Positions 27,590 to 35,715 of a stretch of DNA of 62,865 nucleotides are shown here, one piece after another (the first letter of the stretch is position 1; every line of letters begins with the position of its first letter). The notes beneath the pieces were generated by a model. It was not told the origin of the DNA and searched no databases. It saw nothing but the letters and a program-made list of their open reading frames with translations. The stretch comes from an uncultured Mollicutes bacterium (GTDB lineage Bacteria; Bacillota_I; Bacilli_A; ML615J-28; CAG-313), in assembly GCA_900538885.1 (NCBI GenBank), contig UQAI01000003.1, forward strand, positions 1 through 62,865, in the 5' to 3' direction. The translations under genes and the position numbers were made by a program.

Positions 27590-28490
27590 AGACTTTAAAT
27601 CAGGTTTTGTGGCGATAATTGGTCGTCCTAATGTAGGTAAAAGTACGTTACTTAACCAATTTTTAAAACAAAAAATTGTCATAGTTTCACCTAAAGCCCA
27701 AACTACAAGAAATAAAATTCAAGGTATTTATACAGATGATGAATCACAAATTGTCTTTATTGATACACCAGGATTTCACAAACCCAAAACTGAATTAGGG
27801 AAAATAATGAATGAATATGTAAGTAGTGCACTTGCTGGGGTTGATGTTGTACTATTAATGTGTGATGTAACTAAAAAAATAACTGAAGATGATCAAAGAA
27901 TGATTAATGAATTATTAAAAGCCAAAATTCCTACAATTTTAGTTGGCAATAAAGTTGATTTAATTAAAGACCAAACTGAATTAGTGGCTAATATGGAAGC
28001 CTATCGAAACATTTTTCCATTTGTTCAAGGAATTGCGATAAGTGCTACGAACAATTATCAAGTAGATGAATTAATAAAATTAATAAAAAGCAATTTAAAA
28101 AATGGCCCAATGTATTATCCTGAAGATCAATTATTAGATCAACCTGAAAGATTTGTTGTTGCTGAAATTATTAGAGAAAAAATACTGCTAAAAACTGATG
28201 ATGAAGTACCACATAGTGTTGCGGTTGAAATAGAAAACTTTAAGGAAAATCCTAACAAACCTGGCCTTGTGGAAATACATGCAGTTATTGTTGTGGAAAG
28301 ACAATCACAAAAAAAGATCATCATCGGCTCAAAAGGTCAAAAAATAAAGGAAATTGGCATTCTTGCAAGACAAGATATTGCTAAATTATTAGGTAATAAA
28401 GTCTATTTGGAATTGTTTGTGAAAGTTGAAGAAAACTGGAGAAATCATAAATCACAACTCTCAAATTTTGGATATACAAAAGATGTATAA
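27582..28490 (+). CDS. era: GTPase Era
   Basis: G1 GRPNVGKST, DTPG, NKVD and a C-terminal KH domain. It overlaps cdd by 8 nt. Confidence 0.95.
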   Translation: MNKDFKSGFVAIIGRPNVGKSTLLNQFLKQKIVIVSPKAQTTRNKIQGIYTDDESQIVFIDTPGFHKPKTELGKIMNEYVSSALAGVDVVLLMCDVTKKITEDDQRMINELLKAKIPTILVGNKVDLIKDQTELVANMEAYRNIFPFVQGIAISATNNYQVDELIKLIKSNLKNGPMYYPEDQLLDQPERFVVAEIIREKILLKTDDEVPHSVAVEIENFKENPNKPGLVEIHAVIVVERQSQKKIIIGSKGQKIKEIGILARQDIAKLLGNKVYLELFVKVEENWRNHKSQLSNFGYTKDV

Positions 28491-28530
28491 AAAATAAAAA
28501 AAGATTCATCCTAATTTTAGGAGGAATATA

Positions 28531-28689
28531 ATGAGTAAATTTGAAGAGACATTGTGGAATAAGTTTTTAAAGAGTGGTAAAATTGATGATTATTTGAACT
28601 ACAAATTTTATATTAGAAAGAAAGAAGAACTAGAAAATGAAGCAAATCATCCAAACCGAAGGTATCGTACTGAAGGTAGTAGAGTATAA
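28531..28689 (+). CDS. yqzL: YqzL-family small protein (52 aa, not in the ORF track)
   Basis: A GGAGGA RBS at 28520-28525 precedes ATG 28531. The protein reads MSKFEETLWNKFLKSGKIDDYLNYKFYIRKKEELENE.... It lies between era and recO, the position yqzL occupies in Bacillus. Confidence 0.6.
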   Translation: MSKFEETLWNKFLKSGKIDDYLNYKFYIRKKEELENEANHPNRRYRTEGSRV

Positions 28690-29371
28690 AGAACAAGCTG
28701 TTCTTGCGGAAATACTAACAAAAACCGGAAAAAAGAATTACATTATTAGAGGTGCGAAAAAAATTACTGGTGGAACAAGACTACTTGCCGAGCCTTTAAC
28801 GAGAATAAGTTTTTTAGCAACCTCCAGTGATGGGCTAGACACTTTAACTGAAGGAACCATCTTAGATAGTTATTTACCTATTAAGCAAAATATTAATAAA
28901 ATGTTATGCTTTTATCCCATTTTGGAAAAGATAATTGTTTTTACTCAACAGGTTACAAGCATTGATATATTTTATCAATTTGTACTTGACATTTTGGAAT
29001 TATTAAAAGGAAATATTGAAGAAAAAGTTGTACTTGCTCTATTTGAAACCAAATTAACTTATCTAATTGGAATTTCCCCAGAATTAAGGTTGTGCTTAAA
29101 ATGTGGTAAAAAAGTACAAGACGCTGTTTTTAGCATTTACAATGGTGGTGTTTACTGCTTAAATTGTGCAACTGATAGTTTTGATTTGACTAGTAACGAA
29201 ACAAAGGTACTTCAACTTTTATATTTTGTTAAACTTAATAAAGTTGACAAGGCATTTGAATCAGTGGTAAAAGATGATATCTCAAAAATATTAAATATTC
29301 TAGATCTTTATTATCAAAAACATTTAGATTTTACAAGTAAAGCTAAAGAAGTAACCAGGGAAATTATGTAA
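28637..29371 (+). CDS. recO: DNA repair protein RecO
   Basis: The N-terminal OB fold (TEGIVLKVVEYKE) and zinc site CLKCGK...CLNC are present. It occupies the conserved position after era. Confidence 0.85.
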   Translation: MKQIIQTEGIVLKVVEYKEQAVLAEILTKTGKKNYIIRGAKKITGGTRLLAEPLTRISFLATSSDGLDTLTEGTILDSYLPIKQNINKMLCFYPILEKIIVFTQQVTSIDIFYQFVLDILELLKGNIEEKVVLALFETKLTYLIGISPELRLCLKCGKKVQDAVFSIYNGGVYCLNCATDSFDLTSNETKVLQLLYFVKLNKVDKAFESVVKDDISKILNILDLYYQKHLDFTSKAKEVTREIM

Positions 29372-29407
29372 GAATTGTGTAAATATTAGTCACAATTCTT
29401 TTTTTTA
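29371..29407 (+). terminator. Rho-independent terminator after recO
   Basis: A 9-bp stem AGAATTGTG/CACAATTCT is followed by T8. Confidence 0.8.
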
Positions 29408-29437
29408 AGTAAAAATTCAATTAAAATGAACAAAATG

Positions 29438-29446
29438 TGGTATAAT
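29438..29446 (+). promoter_or_regulatory. Extended -10 promoter element TGGTATAAT
   Basis: A perfect TGnTATAAT lies 24 nt upstream of ATG 29470. Confidence 0.45.
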
Positions 29447-29469
29447 ATTTTCGATATAGAGGTAATAAA

Positions 29470-29979
29470 ATGAAAATACAAATCACTTTAAACACAGAAG
29501 ACACAATTAAAATTGAATTATATCCAGAAATCGCCCCTAAAACAGTGGAAAATTTCATCAAATTAGTTAGAGCTGGATATTATGAAAATACCGCTTTTCA
29601 TAGAATAATTAAAGGGTTTATGATTCAAACTGGCGGATACAAGATTGAAAATAACACCTTACTTGAACTTGGTGATGTACCTACTATTAATGGTGAATTT
29701 GCAAGTAATGGCTTTAAAAATGAGTTAAAGCACGAATTGGGAGTTATTTCGATGGCAAGAACTTCAGATCCTAATAGTGCTACTTCACAGTTTTTTATTT
29801 GTGCAGGAACCGCTACTTGGTTAGATGGTGAGTATGCCGCATTTGGTCGCACCATTGATGAAGAAAGTAATGAAGTGATTTTAAAAATTGCTAGTGTTCC
29901 AACTATGAACATCGGTGGCGGATTTAGTGATTTTCCAACTTTTGACATTAAAATTATTGATATCAAAGAAATAGAATAA
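29470..29979 (+). CDS. ppiB: Cyclophilin-type peptidyl-prolyl cis-trans isomerase
   Basis: FHRIIKGFMIQTGG and SQFFI signatures. The protein is 169 aa. Confidence 0.9.
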   Translation: MKIQITLNTEDTIKIELYPEIAPKTVENFIKLVRAGYYENTAFHRIIKGFMIQTGGYKIENNTLLELGDVPTINGEFASNGFKNELKHELGVISMARTSDPNSATSQFFICAGTATWLDGEYAAFGRTIDEESNEVILKIASVPTMNIGGGFSDFPTFDIKIIDIKEIE

Positions 29980-29999
29980 ATAATAAAGGAGAATAGTAA

Positions 30000-31181
30000 A
30001 TGTTGAATTTTGATTTTTATTCCCCCACTAAAATATATTTTGGATCTTTCCGTGAATTAGAAGTAGGGAAAATCATAAAAGAATATGGTTATAGTAAAAT
30101 TTTACTTCATTATGGAAAAGGTTCAATTAAAAAAAATGGGCTTTACGGCCGTATTATTGATGTCCTTAAACAAGAGGGAATTAAAGTATTTGAACTTGGT
30201 GGAGTTGAGGCTAATCCAAAAGTATCATTAGTGAGAGAAGGAATAAAACTTGCGAGGGAAAACCAAGTAGAAATGATTCTTGCAGTTGGTGGTGGATCAG
30301 TAATTGACTCAAGTAAGGCAATTGCTTGTGGTTATTATTTAAACTCTGATCCTTGGCTACTTAATGCCCACGAAATTAAGCCAACTAAAGCATTACCAAT
30401 TGGTGTCATTCTAACTATAAGTGCTGCTGGTAGTGAATTAAGCAACTCTTGTGTTCTTACTAATGATGAAACAAAAGTTAAAAGTGGCTTTAATAATGAT
30501 ATTGTTAGACCATTATTTAGCATTATGAATCCGGAACTTACATTTACAGTTTCACGTTTTCAAACTGGCTGTGGAATCGTTGATATTATGATGCATACAA
30601 TGGAAAGATATTTAACAAATGTTGGTAATAATGAATTCGCCTCTAGAATTGCGGAAGGACTGTTGAAAGCGGTTATTAGCGCAGGCAAGATTGCGATAGA
30701 AGAACCTGAAAACTATGAAGCAAGAGCAACATTGATGATTGCAAGTAGTTTTTCACATAATGGTTTAACTGGACTTGGTAGTAAAATATATTTTACTGTT
30801 CATAAACTTGAACATGAAATTAGTGGAACTTTTGATTATGTTGCACATGGAGCGGGTTTATCAGTTTTGTTTTTAGCTTGGGCAAAATATGTTTATAAAG
30901 GTTTTATCCCACTATTCAGCAATCTAGCATATGGTGCATTTGAAATTGATAAATCAATAGAACCAGCCTCAGCCGCGTTAAAGGGAATTTTATTTTTAGA
31001 ATCATATTTCAAAAGACTTAATATGCCAACTACTTTATATGATTTAAATGTCGATATGAGAGAATTAGATAATATGGCTAATCGATTAACTAAAGATGAT
31101 ACAATTAAAATACCAGGTATTAGACAATTAAATAAAGCAGATATAATGGAAATATTTAGAATTGCTAAAGGAGGAAATTAA
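30000..31181 (+). CDS. Iron-containing alcohol dehydrogenase (butanol dehydrogenase-like)
   Basis: The GGGSVIDSSK motif is present, with the His-rich metal site region (HTMERY, HKLEHEISG..HGAG). Confidence 0.85.
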   Translation: MLNFDFYSPTKIYFGSFRELEVGKIIKEYGYSKILLHYGKGSIKKNGLYGRIIDVLKQEGIKVFELGGVEANPKVSLVREGIKLARENQVEMILAVGGGSVIDSSKAIACGYYLNSDPWLLNAHEIKPTKALPIGVILTISAAGSELSNSCVLTNDETKVKSGFNNDIVRPLFSIMNPELTFTVSRFQTGCGIVDIMMHTMERYLTNVGNNEFASRIAEGLLKAVISAGKIAIEEPENYEARATLMIASSFSHNGLTGLGSKIYFTVHKLEHEISGTFDYVAHGAGLSVLFLAWAKYVYKGFIPLFSNLAYGAFEIDKSIEPASAALKGILFLESYFKRLNMPTTLYDLNVDMRELDNMANRLTKDDTIKIPGIRQLNKADIMEIFRIAKGGN

Positions 31182-31182
31182 A

Positions 31183-31758
31183 ATGGCAAAAAAAACTAGA
31201 AAAGAAAGAAAAGAAAAAAGGCAAGGAATATTAAAAGAATTTATTGCATTTATAAATAAAGGTAATGCCTTAGCTCTTGCGATTGGTGTTATTATAGGTG
31301 GAGCTTTTGGTAAAATTGTAACCGCAATTAACGTTAATATTATTTCACCACTTATTGCTTGGATTATTGGTGATACTGATTTAAGTAATTCATTAATTAC
31401 CGTTTTAAAGAGTCATGATAAAGCAACCGCAGCAGATGTTACAGCAGGACTTGCTGATCATGTTGGTCAACCTCTTGATGTGCCAGTTAATGATATTGTA
31501 ATATCATGGGGCGCTCTAATTCAAGCTGTTATTGATTTCTTACTAATTGCGATAATTTTATTCTTAATTATTAAACTTTGCTCTTCAATCGTAAGACATG
31601 CAAGAGAAACAGCTGAAAGATTTCGTAAAAAAGAGGAAGAACCAGAACCTGAAGTTGCCGAAGAACCAGCTCCAGCGCCAATTCCCGCTGATGTTGCTTT
31701 ATTAACAGAAATTAGAGATTTGTTAAAAAAACAAGAAAAAAATGATGAAAACAAATAG
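31183..31758 (+). CDS. mscL: Large-conductance mechanosensitive channel MscL (extended, 191 aa)
   Basis: LKEFIAFINKGNALALAIGVIIGGAFGKIV and the C-terminal LLTEIRDLLKKQ identify MscL. An AAAGGAGG RBS precedes ATG 31183. Confidence 0.85.
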   Translation: MAKKTRKERKEKRQGILKEFIAFINKGNALALAIGVIIGGAFGKIVTAINVNIISPLIAWIIGDTDLSNSLITVLKSHDKATAADVTAGLADHVGQPLDVPVNDIVISWGALIQAVIDFLLIAIILFLIIKLCSSIVRHARETAERFRKKEEEPEPEVAEEPAPAPIPADVALLTEIRDLLKKQEKNDENK

Positions 31759-31764
31759 TAGTAT

Positions 31765-31793
31765 TTGACAATAAAACATATTTATGGTAAAAT
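31765..31793 (+). promoter_or_regulatory. Sigma-A promoter
   Basis: TTGACA (31765-31770), a 17-nt spacer, then TAAAAT with TG extension (TGGTAAAAT 31785-31793). Confidence 0.65.
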
Positions 31794-31829
31794 AATCATA
31801 GGTATGTGAAATAAGAGAGGATTAATGAT

Positions 31830-32180
31830 ATGGAAAAAACTAAAGTATGTCCTAAATGTATGAAAGAACAAAAAATTGATGCCGTAAAATGTGAACAATG
31901 TGGATTTGAATTTCACGTTAAAAAGCAAGAAACTGAAGTAACTGTTTCAAGTAATACTACAATTATTGATGATACAGTTCCTCTTTTTATCTGGCAACTA
32001 ATCAGTTTTTTACTTCCTCCAGTAGGTTTTGTATTATATATAATATGGCAAAATAAATGGTCAAACCGTAGTAAAGCTTGTGGTAAAATGGCTTTAACAA
32101 TGTCAATTGTATGGGCATTTGTAGGAATTGTTTATTTATTCCTTTCAATAGGCATTAAAAGCGGTGACGTATTAGTCTAA
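31830..32180 (+). CDS. Zinc-ribbon membrane protein (116 aa)
   Basis: It has an N-terminal CPKC-x10-CEQC ribbon followed by two TM helices, and an AGAGAGGA RBS. Confidence 0.6.
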   Translation: MEKTKVCPKCMKEQKIDAVKCEQCGFEFHVKKQETEVTVSSNTTIIDDTVPLFIWQLISFLLPPVGFVLYIIWQNKWSNRSKACGKMALTMSIVWAFVGIVYLFLSIGIKSGDVLV

Positions 32181-32257
32181 TTTATAGTATATTGTGTAAC
32201 TATTCTTGACCTTTTTTCTAGTAATGTAGAATGTTAGTAAAAAAAGTTTTTAATTGC

Positions 32258-32286
32258 TTGCTATTTTTTTCATAATGTAGTATAAT
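32258..32286 (+). promoter_or_regulatory. Sigma-A promoter for rpmG
   Basis: TTGCTA (32258-32263), a 17-nt spacer, then TATAAT (32281-32286). Confidence 0.5.
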
Positions 32287-32311
32287 ATTATGGAATTTAG
32301 GAGGTAACATT

Positions 32312-32467
32312 ATGCGTATTAATGTTTTATTAAAATGTACAGAATGTGGCGAAGAAAATTACCTTACTCAAAAAAATAAACGAAACACTCCAGATCGTTT
32401 AGAACAAAAGAAATATTGTCCACGTTGTAAAAAAGCTACTATTCATAAGGAAAAGAATAAGAAGTAG
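32312..32467 (+). CDS. rpmG: 50S ribosomal protein L33 (zinc-binding C+ form; not in the ORF track)
   Basis: A GGAGGT RBS precedes the start. The product is [51 protein letters not shown] (51 aa). Confidence 0.9.
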   Translation: MRINVLLKCTECGEENYLTQKNKRNTPDRLEQKKYCPRCKKATIHKEKNKK

Positions 32468-32476
32468 TAAATTGAA

Positions 32477-32500
32477 ATCCATCAATGATGGATTTTTTTT
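32477..32500 (+). terminator. Rho-independent terminator after rpmG
   Basis: The stem ATCCATC/GATGGAT has a 3-nt loop and is followed by T8. Confidence 0.8.
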
Positions 32501-32564
32501 CTTTTTGTCTTCTTTTTACAAATTTTTCACTTAAAATAGTGTTTAATATTATGTAGGTGATATT

Positions 32565-34241
32565 ATGGCAAAAGAAAAGTTATCAGAATATGAACAAAAG
32601 ACCAAGGAATTTATATTTGTTTATGAAGTAGCAGGAATAGTATGTCTATTATTTTCTTTGATCTCAATCGCAAGACTTGGAATTGTAGGAAAATATGGAA
32701 TGTTAACTTTTCGCTTATTCTTTGGTGATTGGTATTTTATTTTTTTACTACTGTTAGGAGCACTAGGTGTTTATTTCCTTTTTGTGCATCATCGCTTTAC
32801 TATAAAAAATATTAGATACCTAGGAACTGTGATGATTGCACTGGCGATAATTACCTTAAGCCATTTTGCAATGCATAATTTTGTCAGTAAATATGAAGGA
32901 AATAGTTTTAAAAATACTATCCTTTTATATTTTGACTATTTCAAAAATGGTCGTAATGATATGATGATTGGTGGAGGTCTAGTTGGCTGCATCCTTTTTT
33001 ATCTTCTTTTTTTATTGTTTTCCAAAGTTGGTACTATCATATTTTGTATTGTCGTAATTTTTGTTGGCATTGTTTTTGTTTGTAAAAAAACAGTGTTTGA
33101 ATTCTTTAAAATGGTAAAAATTGGCTTGAAAAAGTGTTTTGGAGGGGCTTTTAAATATTCTAAAAAAGTTGGTAGTAAATTAAAACAATTTAATGATGAT
33201 TATATTGTTAAAGATAAAGTAACCAAACCACTACCATTAAGAAAACTTAATAATGAGGTTGTTGATACAAGTAAAGAAAATAAATTAATGCTAGAATACA
33301 TAATGAATATAAAAAAAGAGTTAAGTCATTTAAGTATTTTCTATCAAGATATTAGTTATATTATTTGTAATCATATTAGTGTTATTTTTATAAAAACTTA
33401 CCAACAAGTTAATTATGAAGTTTTAAGAATATCACTTTGTAAAATTTTAAATGAGCCATTTTTAATAAGGTATGATAAAAAAAATGATATGATAGTAATT
33501 GAAGTAAATAATTTAATAGGTAATTCATTAAGGATGAAAGAAGCGTTAATTCATTCCTCAACTGAAAATTTGGAAATAGTGATTGGCAAGGATGATCGAA
33601 ATGACTATGTAATATGTGATGAAAACTTACTAATTATTTCTCAAAATGATAGTGTTTATCGTAATTATTTGACATCACTTATTTTTTACCCAAAGTTCCA
33701 AAAAACAATCAATGAATATGAAATTTATTTACTTGATTTAAATAATAATCTATATCAGTTTGAAAATTTAGGAATTGAGTTTGGTACTACTCTTGATTTT
33801 TTACGGACTATTAAGACTAAAATGGATGAAAAACTAGAAGTATTAAATAATAACAATACTAACAACATTGATGAATACAATAAAACTAGTCCTGAAAAAC
33901 TAAAGAAGACATTAGTTTATATAAATGGTATTGAAAAAATAATTGATAGTTTTGAATATAATCAAATACTAGAATATTTGTTGATTACTGGTGGTAACAT
34001 TGGATATAAATTTATTGGTGGCTGTACAAGTGGAGAAATAAACTTAGATAGTTTAATGAAGAGTTTTGCTTACCGGGTATTTTTGGATAATAACTTTAAC
34101 AATGCTTTCAATTATGTCAATCGACGTATGATTAGTAGTATTAATAATAAAATAGAAGGATTTTTAAAATATCGCGATTTGTTAATAAGAATAAGCTTGT
34201 TAATGCTTACAAAAGAAGAACTAGATAAACTAAAAAGGTGA
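32565..34241 (+). CDS. FtsK/SpoIIIE-like membrane protein with degenerate (motif-less) motor domain
   Basis: It has an N-terminal 4-5 TM bundle like the FtsK N domain. The C-terminal ~300 aa follow the FtsK order (IEVNN, LEIVIGKDDRNDYVICD, ...), but Walker A reads SQNDSVYRN and Walker B reads INGIE. Confidence 0.6.
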   Translation: MAKEKLSEYEQKTKEFIFVYEVAGIVCLLFSLISIARLGIVGKYGMLTFRLFFGDWYFIFLLLLGALGVYFLFVHHRFTIKNIRYLGTVMIALAIITLSHFAMHNFVSKYEGNSFKNTILLYFDYFKNGRNDMMIGGGLVGCILFYLLFLLFSKVGTIIFCIVVIFVGIVFVCKKTVFEFFKMVKIGLKKCFGGAFKYSKKVGSKLKQFNDDYIVKDKVTKPLPLRKLNNEVVDTSKENKLMLEYIMNIKKELSHLSIFYQDISYIICNHISVIFIKTYQQVNYEVLRISLCKILNEPFLIRYDKKNDMIVIEVNNLIGNSLRMKEALIHSSTENLEIVIGKDDRNDYVICDENLLIISQNDSVYRNYLTSLIFYPKFQKTINEYEIYLLDLNNNLYQFENLGIEFGTTLDFLRTIKTKMDEKLEVLNNNNTNNIDEYNKTSPEKLKKTLVYINGIEKIIDSFEYNQILEYLLITGGNIGYKFIGGCTSGEINLDSLMKSFAYRVFLDNNFNNAFNYVNRRMISSINNKIEGFLKYRDLLIRISLLMLTKEELDKLKR

Positions 34242-34263
34242 AAGTAGCTTACTTTCACTTTTT
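34232..34263. terminator. Bidirectional terminator shared by convergent genes
   Basis: A perfect 9-bp stem GTGAAAGTA/TACTTTCAC has an A-run upstream and a T-run downstream. It contains both the TGA of the + gene (34239-34241) and the stop of rarA (34255-34257). Confidence 0.7.
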
Positions 34264-35493
34264 ACTATTCTTTTTCATTTCTTCAATTTTGTTATATCTT
34301 TCCATTAGTCCAACTTCAATTTTTGAACTAGGCTTTGGGACGTAATATTTTGCATCTTTTAAAACATCTGGCAAGTATTGTTGATATACCCAAGCATTAG
34401 GGTAATCATGAGGATACTTATAAGGTGTTTGTGCGGGATTAAAGGAGTAAGTATTTTTAAGATGAAGAGGAATACTACCACTTTTGCCGTCATTAACATC
34501 TTGTAAAGCTTTTTCTACCGCGAGCATTGCACTGTTAGATTTTGGCGATAATGCCATTTCAATAACAATAACCGAAAGTGGAAGCTTTGCTTCAGGATTG
34601 CCTAATTCACGTGCAGCTTGACAAGCTGCCACAACACGCGGTCCAATCGTCGGATTTGCAAGACCAATATCTTCGTAGGCAATACAAAGAAGTCGCCTAC
34701 ATAGACTTTGAAGGTCATCCGCAACAATCAGTTTTGATAAATAGTGTAGTGCCGCATCAACATCGCTACCTCTAATTGATTTATGAAGTCCACTCAAAGT
34801 GTCATAGTAACTATCACCATTTGCGTCCATGCTAACATTAGCTTTTTGGATGGTTTTAATGGCATCATTTAAAGTTATATGTTTAGTAGATGATGTTTTG
34901 ATTAGGGTTTCAAAACTGTTAATAAGGGTTCTAATTTCAAGATTTGCCATACTAATTAAATAATCATAGACATCACTATCAATTTCATAGCCTTCACCGA
35001 TTAATGAGTATGCACGGTCAAGTACTTTTCGTAAATCAGAATTGGTTAGATCATTTAATTTGTAAATATGGCAACGTGATCTAATAGCAGGGTTAACCGC
35101 ATGATAGGGATTAACAGTTGTTAGGCCAATCATGATAATTGTTCCATTTTCAACATATGGTAGTAGATAATCTTGAATATCTTTTTTCATACGATGAATT
35201 TCATCAACAATAATTATAGAATCAGTATAAAAACGTGACTCGGTAATTATTTGTCTTAAAGTATCTTTATTATCTGTCGATGCATTGAAACGGAACCATT
35301 TGAGTCCACTCATTTTGCAAGTTGCCTCAGCTATAGTTGTTTTACCACATCCTGGATTACCGTAAAGAATAAAAGAAAAAAGACTTTTCGTCTTTATCAT
35401 TTTAGTAAGGATACCTGTTGGGCCAACTAAATGATCTTGACCGACAATGTGTTCATAATTTTCAGGCCGCATTGTATATGCTAAGGGTTTCAT
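34255..35493 (-). CDS. rarA: Replication-associated recombination protein A (AAA+ ATPase RarA/MgsA)
   Basis: GNPGCGKTT Walker A, IIIVDEIHR and a conserved C-terminal domain. An AGGAGGG RBS precedes ATG 35493. The track's TTG 35514 start lacks an RBS. Confidence 0.9.
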   Translation of the reverse strand: MKPLAYTMRPENYEHIVGQDHLVGPTGILTKMIKTKSLFSFILYGNPGCGKTTIAEATCKMSGLKWFRFNASTDNKDTLRQIITESRFYTDSIIIVDEIHRMKKDIQDYLLPYVENGTIIMIGLTTVNPYHAVNPAIRSRCHIYKLNDLTNSDLRKVLDRAYSLIGEGYEIDSDVYDYLISMANLEIRTLINSFETLIKTSSTKHITLNDAIKTIQKANVSMDANGDSYYDTLSGLHKSIRGSDVDAALHYLSKLIVADDLQSLCRRLLCIAYEDIGLANPTIGPRVVAACQAARELGNPEAKLPLSVIVIEMALSPKSNSAMLAVEKALQDVNDGKSGSIPLHLKNTYSFNPAQTPYKYPHDYPNAWVYQQYLPDVLKDAKYYVPKPSSKIEVGLMERYNKIEEMKKNSKK

Positions 35494-35516
35494 TATATCC
35501 CTCCTATTTTTCAAAA

Positions 35517-35590
35517 TGGTGCCCCATGCCAGAATTGAACTAGCATCTTATCATTACCATTGATATATTCTACCATTGAACTAAAGGGGC
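35517..35590 (-). tRNA. tRNA-Thr (anticodon GGU), CCA encoded
   Basis: The reverse complement folds as a 74-nt cloverleaf: acceptor GCCCCTT/ATGGGGC, D arm GTTC-AATGGTA-GAAT, anticodon arm TATCA-ATGGTAA-TGATA, T arm GCTAG-TTCAATT-CTGGC, then ACCA. Confidence 0.9.
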
Positions 35591-35607
35591 AAATGATATG
35601 CGTAATA

Positions 35608-35636
35608 ATTATACTAAAAAAACAATTAAATTTCTA
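35608..35636 (-). promoter_or_regulatory. Candidate promoter for tRNA-Thr (and possibly rarA)
   Basis: On the minus strand, TAGAAA, a 17-nt spacer, then TATAAT, ending about 17 nt upstream of the tRNA 5' end. The -35 is weak. Confidence 0.3.
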
Positions 35637-35715
35637 TTGAATTACATTTATAAAACGTATAAACATGAAAAATAGTTTCATAATAAGAGTATAAAAGAGT
35701 AAAAAGGATGATAAA

